The notes below the pieces were generated by a model, which saw only the letters and a program-made list of their open reading frames with translations, was not told the DNA's origin and did no database searches. Positions 49,001 through 56,384 of a DNA stretch of 64,000 bases are shown here, one piece after another (position 1 is the stretch's first letter; the number at the start of each line of letters is the position of its first letter). The stretch is from Verrucomicrobia bacterium UBA1200 (GTDB taxonomy: Bacteria; Verrucomicrobiota; Kiritimatiellia; RFP12; UBA1067), in the NCBI GenBank assembly GCA_002309765.1, contig DBXY01000064.1, positions 67,528 to 131,527 of the forward strand, read 5' to 3'. Made by a program: the position numbers and the translations under genes.

Positions 49001-50478
49001 TCTCCAACGGCGTGCGTCGGGTGGTGCTCGACAAGGTGCTTACCGGTGGTCGTGACTCCATCCACGAGGGTGACTTCCTCGCCGAGGGTGATTTTGGGTT
49101 CGATTGGGGATTCCCGGGATCGACCTATACGCCATCCTTCGCGGTTTACGAGGTGTATCTGGAGCGTGACGCTGACATAACCTCCACCAACGTGGTTGCG
49201 AGTTATGTGTTCACTAACCGGTTCGAGACGGCCCAGGCCATTCCGACCGTGGTTTACCCGCGTGGTGCTTATGTGTACTCCGCGCGTCCGACCTTCAAGT
49301 GGGCGATGCCGGAAAATTACACCGCATTCAATATTCAGGTGCGTAAGGCGGGTACCACGTCAACGCTGTTGACCTCTGGAATTACCCGTGCCCCGATGCG
49401 GACGCAAGACGGCGTTTCGGTCTGGACCGCACCTTGGTACGCTGGTAAAGACCTGGACAGCAATGCCGTGTACGAGTGGCGCGTCTGCGCGTTGAACTCC
49501 AAGTTCACCACCAGCGGAAACTGGTCCACTTGGTACAGGTTCCGTCTTGACACTGCCGCGCCGACCGATGAAACTGCGGTATCCGCCGGTTACGGCGCGA
49601 TTCAGGCCAAAGTCAAGTACTATGGTCCGGTCAAGGCCCTCAGCGGTTTGGTGCATGTCTGCGCTTACGACAACGCAGCCTTCGTGGGTGATCCGGAAGC
49701 GGAAATCATCCTTGGTACCGCCGAGACGACATTGCTTACCTCCACGGAAGAGAAAGCGGTTAACGCTCAGCTCAACGGTCTGTTGCCGAGCCGTACGGCG
49801 GGTAAGTATTACGTGATGGCCTACATCGACCAGAACGGCAACGGAGTCCGCGACAGTTGGGAGTCTTGGGGTTATGCCAGCCACTACGGCATGAGCGTAA
49901 CTGAAATGTACGACCCGTTGACGGTAACCGTCAACGCCTCGAACGATCCTGAGGTCGTCGAGATCCATATCGAGGACACCGACACCGACCAGGACTGGTT
50001 CCCTGATTCGTGGGAGTACACAAAGAATCCGTCCAACGCAAACTTCTTGGACGCGACTGCTCCCAACACGTCGAACGCGGCTGACACGGAGATTAACCCG
50101 TATCTGGCCAGCGGCAAGATCACGCTGACGCAGTTTGTTGCGATCAACACCTTGCTCAACCTCGACCTGAATACCACTTCGGGTTCGATGGTCACCGACG
50201 AAAACACCGGAATCTCGGTACTGATCACCGCGTTGCGCTTCAACAACGATGGTGCGCCGGAAGTGGGTGTGAGCGTTGCGAAGACGGGTGCCCAGACCTT
50301 GGGTTACCAGACGGTTGAGGTGGTGTTGGAGTACACCGAGTCGCTCACCAACCCGAACTGGGTCAAGGTCGAATCCGACACCAGCAAAGTGCCCGTCAAC
50401 GGTGCAGGGACTACCATCACCGGCGCGGAGAGCATGTCCGGCAAGTCCGGCTTCTTCCGGTTGCGCGTGGTCAAATAG
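40090..50478 (+). CDS. Giant (~3460 aa) secreted multidomain protein: PKD-like domains, at least 16 TSP3-like calcium-binding repeats, one LamG/ConA-like domain, conserved C-terminal tail
   Basis: An uninterrupted 10.4-kb frame. GAGGAG SD before ATG 40090. Signal peptide (MIKKATKTVTASIVAFAAFGLGISAFG). PKD-type WGD motifs (RWNWGDSTEE...YLVTVYPTDG and RFDWGDGSPP...YTVTMTVTDKDG). Many DxDxDG units ([24 protein letters not shown] and others). LamG-like block (LWFDGEQSA...WTHIALSLDG...LLLYINGE...YLDEVRVWDGARS). Confidence 0.85.
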   Translation: MNVSGMIKKATKTVTASIVAFAAFGLGISAFGQTGTTTGDICSIEANSFFVGRTVTAPGTQITFTIRLGNAGSYPSAVYSLRYLGDGTEFNMYYDRLALKMSTGGWAYLDSVEPETSPANGRYNCNFVYIVREGDFGMPLTIAGEAGNSTNPGMGFTWKNTANYKVTVKETPSSTERDVVWRFGGGVSMMDKDDWTMAMSDVKVQTLKFNETEAYRVASGEELMCTISRQGTASTDEAVGFALWSSDPSSFEVVGANESGIYATSIPSGESTVTFYIRGKSPETTANLCLGSVSGPDPDGRINWVNKVVQVTKAPDPTIKVVLTGGGTANQISTYESDTESHELRVTATEAPATNVVVTLTADPNYIQLSSNTLTILAGQNESEDVVTFLVLNETTTAYPSGVKITPACTDSKYLEFKSGTVMAQNLAPVIVTPTTLNDSAITLTEKIITYSVADVSADDAAITLRWNWGDSTEETTTNGRNDVAKHTYTAPGDYLVTVYPTDGITPGEPVQFHMIVKNPVAKPVLKPILVNPSEKYDENNKEGEIKVSASAAYPAGAFNFKLKVTQADADPAITNLYVAAAENQTVLTMGADATETETGIPFKVIDGTYASYLQGVKVEVVPEDETVATYFDLRPLTISVRNVSPTMEIPTVYSFTNALASNIKQTIPFRFSEPGAQDRDSLISIWTFSGGTVVTNYGVEGSVTNTFTSSGVQTLTVKWADKDDIPDDNWHTSYFNLTIGNPPTISIAPGSMYIYENSTDVYSLEVELSTPFDRVVPVTLTVTPATSAGNGFMELSQTQIYIDANQRYYTVNLRPIFDGTPISEGAGFVVTPSITPGESTSAAAAAFYSNFQSARINIKNVAPVINMPKMAANATEIAYTASQNIERSIAWSVRDVSKDAQGITVRFDWGDGSPPSILHPEALNGVASHTWGGFDVYTVTMTVTDKDGEYDWVQFYVSVQAAQTLMATPVGPNVSSKYYGLTFGDGLGYGTIVSPNAVSTNYINNVWRFVYGTGVTSASLEAIPATVSDDERKNFFYAWDDFGGGQVAEALLNPTMSDPICLFPLGANDTGGVYQVRAIFSREYLKGDGKGDINGDGIPDDYQCPTTGHTIRDVIMAVTGTDPDTDVSLYATTGLRTTNPDGDVWPIDRGAAGLTVTDEKCAPFTTIQELRGTDEELNDPITGRTGDNLILDEPGAKEGSGGEEPVTRGSDPIEEDTDGDSIPDGYEYYFWRRAAIDGLTGNRYNPQDPGSSIVIENIEIRDAFNPLEASASGHDTDDDGLSDLEEFLLGTNPINWDTDGDGAPDGWEAARGSNPLRANGSDSNPDGDYMAYALVDRHLITVELDGETKTYLYKVGVLTNIVEEVITNVVDDVEEIVTTVTTNVVENGTRTYYTCYWYGAPDTVLAQGHPVTELEVLGEIDEATGETYGQITSNISVEAAIMHFQVYQEFGFEPQVAWGNTRVEHNREFTTGDEFLLCKFMMNVVQNVNAVNAQNWLTVTTHPRTPDTDANPNNYPPYDGMPDGWELYVSCGSTGTEMVISPWRVNDGQHPVEALSVDTDGDFLSNNREFAGTLSSAQYNNADLYQSNVAEQDADNGDDDDNGNGNITIVRLDRDANWINKFWPTDPWTRDSDGDGLTDFTEQAFQYGTPEWDGVVQCVRGGGLNPNWMDTDRDALPDAWEYKFMGVEKVSEVTDNTYIDEGMDGTHGPANYELNQQNFRRVGMGDAFSWSDPWVTGDDNIRRHMDWDNDGLENYQEYLVHAMRHFRYDYSEGQMPMDYDNYSITAFFHTTRGSWDEGGYSAMWDALVGMFRSPVYFLLPDCGILPDYVSTDPQNPDTDGDGMDDYYELFHGLNPILGELDLVSDANGGMMDAIYVNPWNPDATGETPLPMDFVKYPWLAGLDYADPDADGLLNLEEQIQANMAQPASLNTDPSPLWMTDVTSTNSLVLRFYRHDQMFFWDIPMMVIDTNFYYYSFEMNEGYDTDNDGVSDKNELIQNATSMSDPQDHDDVLRRQALWFDGEQSAATTAITYHYDTATFNSYTVELWAYPEDVSRDQVLIERPVLYPMSDASTTAEVVRVNFRIGISADGRVYGMYNNHGSHDEETGVVYAYGPQIEQNAWTHIALSLDGSAGQLLLYINGELQTTTITELPAANGVINQVLDPDSATLPEADHYIDAPVVLGASHSYPNWELNEGPVWDDFANFYAGYLDEVRVWDGARSRQQILENYRKRFLKADVEANRDEVQRSIKLGGSRINNATVALPSELVYCWNFDNLFAADSEDSVAVVPRGFDYENALVNRPEGYEVGWWSQWETKSAIYTDYSYIPWIENTVGHLAKYDGTVWNSRYWNRWYAGVRPTYGPWEFPNNNNPYGWYYLNDLTDGLAWQVTLEHPDRDNISSEMNVQKAVNFEYTTTSDLVPLGNAWAKQVAVMWDDGTPSSVWAETGTDSDADGLPDWWEEMVGEDLSWNDLYPDGSGMTAGERYIRDISNGYTQNNNPSAAGWDESALRVQSSDADDDGIPDWWENLYGLKSNSAEGENGANGDPDGDGLSNYAEYLVSEVYAIASISPVQFKSNPAAIDSDYFIKVGSTYLGSVFADHDMMDDAWEDQYNLSAVSRYIYDSFQDADEDGWSNWSENRYGTHSLRSDPTRQSRTNPDGEKVWELPIPTVKVTAQYLGANKAGNVVVKAWSDPEMNDIPDAVWTLPGDEAIHEMDVNIGYWAKDKVIQGYLGPGSVLAGTVEFNMNDYTTVYVAQDSTNATENATEEADHVFAVDVANFPNDTGTLYMYENGRPNLDYPVGSIDYTSGKYELDLSVWTGSVYADTNEVVTASPTNSFITASYQYALTEDFPKTFYLTQADPSTAAVPSRGHLKEGLNYFMAFIDLSGDGNWNVNEPFAISETFATDIGWDLNKVNFDLRDNIDGGLRFSINGSTSDDSVWGQSAGTDNGGGEGAAIKNTRVRVYRTQINTFSNGVRRVVLDKVLTGGRDSIHEGDFLAEGDFGFDWGFPGSTYTPSFAVYEVYLERDADITSTNVVASYVFTNRFETAQAIPTVVYPRGAYVYSARPTFKWAMPENYTAFNIQVRKAGTTSTLLTSGITRAPMRTQDGVSVWTAPWYAGKDLDSNAVYEWRVCALNSKFTTSGNWSTWYRFRLDTAAPTDETAVSAGYGAIQAKVKYYGPVKALSGLVHVCAYDNAAFVGDPEAEIILGTAETTLLTSTEEKAVNAQLNGLLPSRTAGKYYVMAYIDQNGNGVRDSWESWGYASHYGMSVTEMYDPLTVTVNASNDPEVVEIHIEDTDTDQDWFPDSWEYTKNPSNANFLDATAPNTSNAADTEINPYLASGKITLTQFVAINTLLNLDLNTTSGSMVTDENTGISVLITALRFNNDGAPEVGVSVAKTGAQTLGYQTVEVVLEYTESLTNPNWVKVESDTSKVPVNGAGTTITGAESMSGKSGFFRLRVVK

Positions 50479-50500
50479 CCGGTGCTGACCGTAGTTGAAT

Positions 50501-50541
50501 AGGGGCCACCTTCCTTAAAAAGGTGGGCGGCCCCTAATTTT
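50501..50541 (+). terminator. Hairpin plus short T-tract between the giant gene and the protease gene (partial terminator/attenuator candidate)
   Basis: AGGGGCC.ACCTT pairs with AAGGT.GGCCCCT, with an internal bulge. AATTTT follows at 50536-50541. Confidence 0.45.
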
Positions 50542-50575
50542 AAAGGTATTGCGGTGGCAGGTAGTTGGAGGCAGC

Positions 50576-53500
50576 ATGTCGTTAATGGATAAAAAATTCT
50601 GGGTTGGGTTGATGGCTGTGGGGCTCGCGTTTACGGCGGGCGCCGCGCCGTTTAACCGCGACATGAAGTTTAAGCAGCCGGATGGTCAGCAAATCACCGT
50701 CCACGGTTGGGGCGATGAGTTTTATGCCGAGTTTACCCATTTCGGCTACCCGGTGGTTTACAATGAAACCACCCACGCTTATGATTACGCGGTGTTGAAC
50801 GCCGATGCCACTCGATTAGTTTCGTCCGGATATCGGGCCGGAACAGTCAACCCGGCCACAATCGCCGGGTTGGATCCAAACGCCCGTATCACAAAAGAGG
50901 CCCGCCGGGCACTTGCGCTTCCGCGGATTCAAAAATGGAGAACCGCTACCAACATTGACCAACGTTGGAAAAAGCTGAAATCTCGTCATTTGACCACCCC
51001 TACGGGAGCAATTACGCTCAAAGCGGACACCAAATACCAAGAAACCACCGGCGTCAAAGTGGGCGTTACCCTGCTGGTGGACTTCCCCGACGAACCGGCA
51101 AGTATTCCGGTGAGCGATATCGAGGAGTGGTTGAACGGGGATAACTACACCGGTTACGGCAACAATGGGTCGGTGCGCGGTTATTATCTTGACGTCTCAA
51201 ACGGCAACCTGGACTATTCAAATGTGGTAATCGGTTATGTCCGTCTTCCGCAGACCAAGGGCTTCTATGACAACCCTGACGCCACAGATCCAGGCGCACA
51301 AGCGACGAGAATGGTTCAAGACGCCATCAATGTTTTGAAACGGCAGGACAATTATACCACCGAGATTCTTCCTTTGCTCGAAACCGCCACCAAAGACGGC
51401 AACGCAATTTTGGCGTTTAACATGCTTTATGCCGGCGAATGCTCGTCAACTTGGGCACGTGGTCTTTGGCCGCACGCATCCTCCTTCAGCGGCGTGAGTT
51501 TTGGTGACGGTCTTGAAGTTCGCCGCTACCAAACTTCCGATATCGGCGATGATTTGGCCATCGGCACCTTCTGCCACGAAAACGGCCACATGTTGTGCGG
51601 TTATGATGACTTGTACGACTATGACTACGATTCCGAAGGCGGAGCCGGTTATTTCTGCCTGATGGGTGGCGGAAGCTATGGCGGTGGCGGTAAAAACCCG
51701 GTTGAAATTTGCGGCTTTTTGAAGTACATCTCCGGCTGGACCACCTCCACTGAATTGGACAGCTCCAGTTACATTACTAACGCGGTGGCGACGGTTGATC
51801 ACACTTCTGAGCTTTATAATCATGTTTACGTGTTCATCAATCCCGCAATCAGTAACGAATATTACATTGTTGAAAACCGTCAGCAATGGGGTCGTGACGC
51901 CGATTTGAAAGCGTCTGGTTTGGCCATTTGGCACATTGACGAGGACGGAAACCGCGATGACCAGCGTTACGAATACAATACTGAGCACCAAAATTTTGAA
52001 TGTACGCTGATGCAGGCGGACGGCAAATGGGACTTAAATAACAATGTCAATGACGGTGACAAGAACGACCTGTATTACGAAGGCAACAGCGCGCCGGGGT
52101 ACATCAACGAATTTAGCGAAAGCTCGAATCCCAGTTCGCAGTGGTGGGACGGTTCTTATTCCGGGTTTAACATTATTGACATCGGTCCTTGTGCCACCAA
52201 CATGACCTTCAAGATCGTCCCCTCCGCGCCAAAGTTTACCAATTCGCGGAATCTGCTGACGGGACGTATCGGTTCTTATTACAAGCAGCGGCTTTATGCG
52301 GTCAAGGGTAACAAGCCCTATGAATGGTCGATAGAAGAGGATTACGAACTTCCGCCAGGTCTTGGACTTGATTCCGAAACCGGAATCATCTCCGGTATTC
52401 CGACCGAAGTAGGAACTTATACCTTTGTCGCCAGGGTTTCCTGCAACGAGGGCGCGGCATTTTCGCTTCGCACCTTTGTTATAAAGGTTGTTGACAAATA
52501 CTCCATTCCGTATTCGGATAAGTTTACATCGCCTGATTTCAAGAACGGCTGGGGTTGGTACCAGGATGACGAGGGTGACGTGCAGTGGTATTTCGCCAAC
52601 GGAAACGCGTCCGACGCGGATGCCAATTACCCGTTGCGGTCGTACTCTTCTCCGAGCAATGCCGTGCTTAAGAGTGCGAAAGCGTCCCTGTCCGGCGCTT
52701 CGCAAATGTTAATCAGCCCGATGTTTGATTTCGGTGAAAACCCCCGTTCGGCTCAGCTTAAATTCTGGCTATACAAACGTTATCGCGGTGCGTTGTCGAA
52801 CACCGATGCGCTGAATGTTTATTACAAGACAGCATGGGACGAAGAGTGGCAGCTGTTGCAGAGTTACACCAATACGGTCAACAAGTGGCAGCAAAAGACT
52901 ATCAACCTTCCCGATTTGAGCCGCACTTATTATGTCGCTTTCGAGGGCATAGTTAATGGAGGTTACGGTATCCATATCGATGACGTTTGGGTGGGCGACG
53001 GCATTCCTAAAGTCGATTTCGAAAATGATGACGTGCTTCCCGACGCGGCTATCAACACCGAGTACACTATTGATTTGATCCCGTCCGGAGGTTCAGAGCC
53101 GTACACCTATACTTTGTTGGGAGAGCTGCCAGATTGGCTGGAGTTTGACGAGGAAGCTGGTGTGCTTACCGGTACTCCTACCGAGCTTGGAACTTGGGAG
53201 TTCACGGTGGCGATTACCGACGGATTCGAGGAAACCACCCAGCGGACCTTTACCCTTACGGTTGACAACCCACGCACCAATCTGTATGTCGAGGACTTTG
53301 AAAAGATGAAAGTCCCGCCGGACGGATGGTCACAGGTATATGTGATTAGCAATGTCAGTTGGATGGTTCAAGCCTTGTTTGACCATTCATGGCAGGAATA
53401 CAACAATTGGGTTTACACCCCGTCGGGCGAGAGCCATGCAGTGCTTTGGTGGAACGACACCGAGCATGGTGACGGCGGACCGTATTCCGACCATATAACG

Positions 53501-55012
53501 CAGCTGATAACCCCGGAACTGAATCTCGGGTTCTCGCCATCTGTTCCGCGTCTGAATTTCATGTTGAACATGCAGCCGACCTTCAATAACAATTTGGACC
53601 AGTTGCGTGTTTATTACCGTGGTTCGCCCTCCGAAGAGTGGAATCTGCTCGCGGAGTACACCGAGGCGGTCACCAACTGGACGGAGATTGTGCTGGATTT
53701 GCCCAATCCCACCATGCATTACCAGATTTGTTTCGAGGGTAACGCCAAATACGGCAACGGTATCCATATCGATAACATCCGTATTTCTGACACCTCGGCA
53801 GCGCCGATGCTACGCACTAGCGCGGATTTGGACGATGGTTATGTCGGATTGCCTTACGAGATGGAGTTGACTACCATTGGCGGCGCAGAACCATACACTT
53901 GGACATTAACGGATGACAGCGAACTGCCCGACGGCTTGACGTTGGATCCCGTCACCGGAATTATCTCCGGAACTCCTACTAAGGAAGCGGCCGGCACCAC
54001 GGTAATTTCGGTGGTAATCACCGGCAGTGATGGTAACGAGTCAATCAACGAAGTTTCCATCACCATCAATCAGGGTGTAGCACTTCCGTTCAGCGAGTCG
54101 TTCGATGATGGCGAGCTTCCGGATGGATGGAGTGCCGAAACGTTATTCGGCACCAACAACTGGGAGTTCTTAAACGGCAGCAAGATTCGCCCGTCGCGGG
54201 GAATCGCTTGTCCGGACCAGGCATATTCCCCGGATTACAATGCCTGCTTCGCGTATCCGCAGGATGACAAGTATTACAGTGCCAGACTGACGTTGCCGAT
54301 GATCGAGTTCGGTTCGGGAGTCACCAATGCCGCGATTTCCTTCCAGCTTTGCAACAAAGGCTATGATATTAGCGGTAAGGTTTATCGTGACGAGCTTAAG
54401 GTTAAATACCGGACCAGCCTTGAGGAGGAGTGGATTACTTTGGCCACATATCCTTCCACATTCGCGGTGGAAGATTGGACCAAATTCGTGGTGGAGTTGC
54501 CAAATCCTTGCGCCACTTACTTCATTTGCTTCGAGGCTACCCAGCACGCCGGTTGGGGTGTTTGCGTTGACGATGTGGAAATCACCTCCGAGGGCTACAT
54601 CTCCAATTACGATATCTGGGTGGAGGAAAACTTCCCCGATGGCTATCCCGGCGACACCGTGGACAGCGATGGCGACGGTATTCCCAACATTTGGGAATAC
54701 ATTTGGGATACCGACCCCACTGATCCTGATGACGAAATGGATTTAGGTCTTGCGCTCCATATTGTAATCGTGGACGATGTGGCGGTAGCCTACTACCCTG
54801 AGCCGAGCGAGGAAGCTCTCGAAGATGGGTTCAAGGTGGTGCTGGAGGGATGCACAGATTTGATGGATCCGCAGTGGACAACGGATTTGGTTCAGGATAC
54901 CGACAAAGAACCGGATGTCGATGAAGTCTGGGATAAGATCTTTATGGAGTCGAAGAAAAACATCTTTGACCAGCCGAAACTCTTCTTGAGACTTCGCTTG
55001 ATTTATCCTTAA
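50576..55012 (+). CDS. Secreted M6-family (InhA-like) zinc metalloprotease with three Ig-like + MAM/choice-of-anchor-J-like module pairs and a C-terminal tail shared with the giant protein
   Basis: GGAGG SD before ATG 50576. Signal peptide MSLMDKKFWVGLMAVGLAFTAGAA. HEXXH (CHENGHMLCGYDDLYDYDYD, His codons at 51575-51589). Three repeats of an Ig-like unit (...ISGIPTEVGTYTF..., ...LTGTPTELGTWEF..., ...ISGTPTKEAAGTT...). Each is followed by a ~200-aa jelly-roll-like unit ending G(I/V)HIDD(V/N). TSP3 motif DSDGDGIPNIWEY. Confidence 0.8.
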   Translation: MSLMDKKFWVGLMAVGLAFTAGAAPFNRDMKFKQPDGQQITVHGWGDEFYAEFTHFGYPVVYNETTHAYDYAVLNADATRLVSSGYRAGTVNPATIAGLDPNARITKEARRALALPRIQKWRTATNIDQRWKKLKSRHLTTPTGAITLKADTKYQETTGVKVGVTLLVDFPDEPASIPVSDIEEWLNGDNYTGYGNNGSVRGYYLDVSNGNLDYSNVVIGYVRLPQTKGFYDNPDATDPGAQATRMVQDAINVLKRQDNYTTEILPLLETATKDGNAILAFNMLYAGECSSTWARGLWPHASSFSGVSFGDGLEVRRYQTSDIGDDLAIGTFCHENGHMLCGYDDLYDYDYDSEGGAGYFCLMGGGSYGGGGKNPVEICGFLKYISGWTTSTELDSSSYITNAVATVDHTSELYNHVYVFINPAISNEYYIVENRQQWGRDADLKASGLAIWHIDEDGNRDDQRYEYNTEHQNFECTLMQADGKWDLNNNVNDGDKNDLYYEGNSAPGYINEFSESSNPSSQWWDGSYSGFNIIDIGPCATNMTFKIVPSAPKFTNSRNLLTGRIGSYYKQRLYAVKGNKPYEWSIEEDYELPPGLGLDSETGIISGIPTEVGTYTFVARVSCNEGAAFSLRTFVIKVVDKYSIPYSDKFTSPDFKNGWGWYQDDEGDVQWYFANGNASDADANYPLRSYSSPSNAVLKSAKASLSGASQMLISPMFDFGENPRSAQLKFWLYKRYRGALSNTDALNVYYKTAWDEEWQLLQSYTNTVNKWQQKTINLPDLSRTYYVAFEGIVNGGYGIHIDDVWVGDGIPKVDFENDDVLPDAAINTEYTIDLIPSGGSEPYTYTLLGELPDWLEFDEEAGVLTGTPTELGTWEFTVAITDGFEETTQRTFTLTVDNPRTNLYVEDFEKMKVPPDGWSQVYVISNVSWMVQALFDHSWQEYNNWVYTPSGESHAVLWWNDTEHGDGGPYSDHITQLITPELNLGFSPSVPRLNFMLNMQPTFNNNLDQLRVYYRGSPSEEWNLLAEYTEAVTNWTEIVLDLPNPTMHYQICFEGNAKYGNGIHIDNIRISDTSAAPMLRTSADLDDGYVGLPYEMELTTIGGAEPYTWTLTDDSELPDGLTLDPVTGIISGTPTKEAAGTTVISVVITGSDGNESINEVSITINQGVALPFSESFDDGELPDGWSAETLFGTNNWEFLNGSKIRPSRGIACPDQAYSPDYNACFAYPQDDKYYSARLTLPMIEFGSGVTNAAISFQLCNKGYDISGKVYRDELKVKYRTSLEEEWITLATYPSTFAVEDWTKFVVELPNPCATYFICFEATQHAGWGVCVDDVEITSEGYISNYDIWVEENFPDGYPGDTVDSDGDGIPNIWEYIWDTDPTDPDDEMDLGLALHIVIVDDVAVAYYPEPSEEALEDGFKVVLEGCTDLMDPQWTTDLVQDTDKEPDVDEVWDKIFMESKKNIFDQPKLFLRLRLIYP

Positions 55013-55023
55013 CTATCCTTTAT

Positions 55024-55054
55024 GAGGGCGGCGGTAGCCGCCCTCTTTTGTTTT
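55024..55054 (+). terminator. Rho-independent terminator after the protease gene
   Basis: GAGGGCGGC-GGTA-GCCGCCCTC forms a perfect 9-bp GC-rich stem, followed by TTTTGTTTT. Confidence 0.8.
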
Positions 55055-55067
55055 GGAGTATTATGGT

Positions 55068-55994
55068 ATGGTGGGGTTTATTCTAAAAAAACTCGTTTCG
55101 CAGTTTTTGTATCCTCTGCAGATGGTCAGTACGCTGTTTTTGGCGGGTTGGGTACTTAAGCGTTTTACACGGTTCAAAAAAACCGGGTCCGCCTTAAAAT
55201 TTTTATCATTGGCGCTGTTTATCTTTTTTGGCTGCGGCGGACTTTATCCGGTGCTCTCGCGCATCGAGCGCGAAGTGCCGGTGTTTGATCCCACGCCTGA
55301 ACAGATTGCCCAATACCGCAATTACCCGGTGGTGGTGCTAGGGCAGGGGATACCGAAAGAATACTCCGACCTGCCGCCCCGCTACCGGGAGCGCGGCTTG
55401 TTCGCTTTGCGGTTGTTGGAAGGGGTTCGGGTCGCCAAGATGCTTCCCCAAAGTACGCTGATCGTTTCGATGGGCGGTAAAGCCGACGAATCGGTGCGTT
55501 GGCAATATTTGAACGATTTTATGCAAACCGTCAACTTCCCTACCAACCGTGTGGTGATGCTTGGCGGTGCCCGCGACACCACCGACGAAGCCCGTATGGC
55601 CATTGCCGCGATTCGCGAGTTGCCCGCATGGCGAAAACCCGCGCAGCAGCCTGCCGCCATTCCTGCTGCCGGAAAACCCGCCGCCGCCACCAATGGTGTA
55701 GACGTTGCCGGCGGAAAGACCGTTGCCGCCGAGAAACCCGCCGCCCCGCCGCCCGATCCGCCGCAGCCGGTTATTCTGGTTTCATCCGCCAGCCACCTGC
55801 CGCGCGGCATCCGGATTTTTGCCAAGAACGGCATGGCGGCCATTCCGGCCCCCGGCGAGTATGAGACCATTACCCCAGAACGGCCCAAAACTAATTGGTA
55901 CGAATTACCGTTTCCGGATGATAGATATTTGCGCCAGTCCAGTTCGGTAATTCGCGAATGTTTCGGTCGTCTCTGGGAGAAAATCAAAAGGTAG
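55068..55994 (+). CDS. ElyC/YdcF/SanA-family (DUF218) envelope protein
   Basis: N-terminus MVGFILKKLVSQFLYPLQMVSTLFLAGWVL plus a DUF218-like core (VVVLGQG...TTDEARMAIA...VSSASHLPR). It contains an Ala/Pro-rich insert. Confidence 0.7.
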   Translation: MVGFILKKLVSQFLYPLQMVSTLFLAGWVLKRFTRFKKTGSALKFLSLALFIFFGCGGLYPVLSRIEREVPVFDPTPEQIAQYRNYPVVVLGQGIPKEYSDLPPRYRERGLFALRLLEGVRVAKMLPQSTLIVSMGGKADESVRWQYLNDFMQTVNFPTNRVVMLGGARDTTDEARMAIAAIRELPAWRKPAQQPAAIPAAGKPAAATNGVDVAGGKTVAAEKPAAPPPDPPQPVILVSSASHLPRGIRIFAKNGMAAIPAPGEYETITPERPKTNWYELPFPDDRYLRQSSSVIRECFGRLWEKIKR

Positions 55995-56014
55995 ATGCCC
56001 GAAAGGATTGCGAT

Positions 56015-56368
56015 ATGAGTAGGATTTGCCCAATACTGTTGCTGTTATTGACATTGTCCGGCTGTATGACGGTCGAATTGAAGAGCCAAGCTCCGAAAAA
56101 CGACGCATCGGCGGTCAGTAAGTGTTTTTTCGGTTCTTACTACGGTTTCTGGTGGGGCGAAAACCCGCAGGAACGATTTGATTCGTCGTTGCAGCGCGTG
56201 GACGGAACGGTCAATACCCGTGGCATCAGCCGTGCGGTTTACGGCACCAATGCCGGCTACGGTTTGGCGGCGTTGCTAACCCTCGGATTGTTTGCTCCGG
56301 TTGATGTTTACTGGTGGCCGGAGGCGGAACCGCCTGCCGCCGTCCAGGCGGAGATTCCCAGTCTGTAA
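56015..56368 (+). CDS. Small lipoprotein, Bor/Iss-like
   Basis: Lipobox LLLTLSGC. FFGSYYG and LLTLGLFAPVDVYWW resemble the Bor pattern (FFVSGIG ... ITLGIYTPLEARVYC), recalled from memory. GAAAGGA SD. Confidence 0.45.
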   Translation: MSRICPILLLLLTLSGCMTVELKSQAPKNDASAVSKCFFGSYYGFWWGENPQERFDSSLQRVDGTVNTRGISRAVYGTNAGYGLAALLTLGLFAPVDVYWWPEAEPPAAVQAEIPSL

Positions 56369-56384
56369 TCTAGGAGTGGCGTAG

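Noticed and set aside
43807-49065. 550-aa, 310-aa and 715-aa minus-strand ORFs inside the giant gene
   Set aside because: They are antisense to an uninterrupted 10.4-kb frame with recognisable domains. Translations are Val/Arg/Gly/His-rich and motif-free. The long open antisense frames follow from the sense-strand codon bias.
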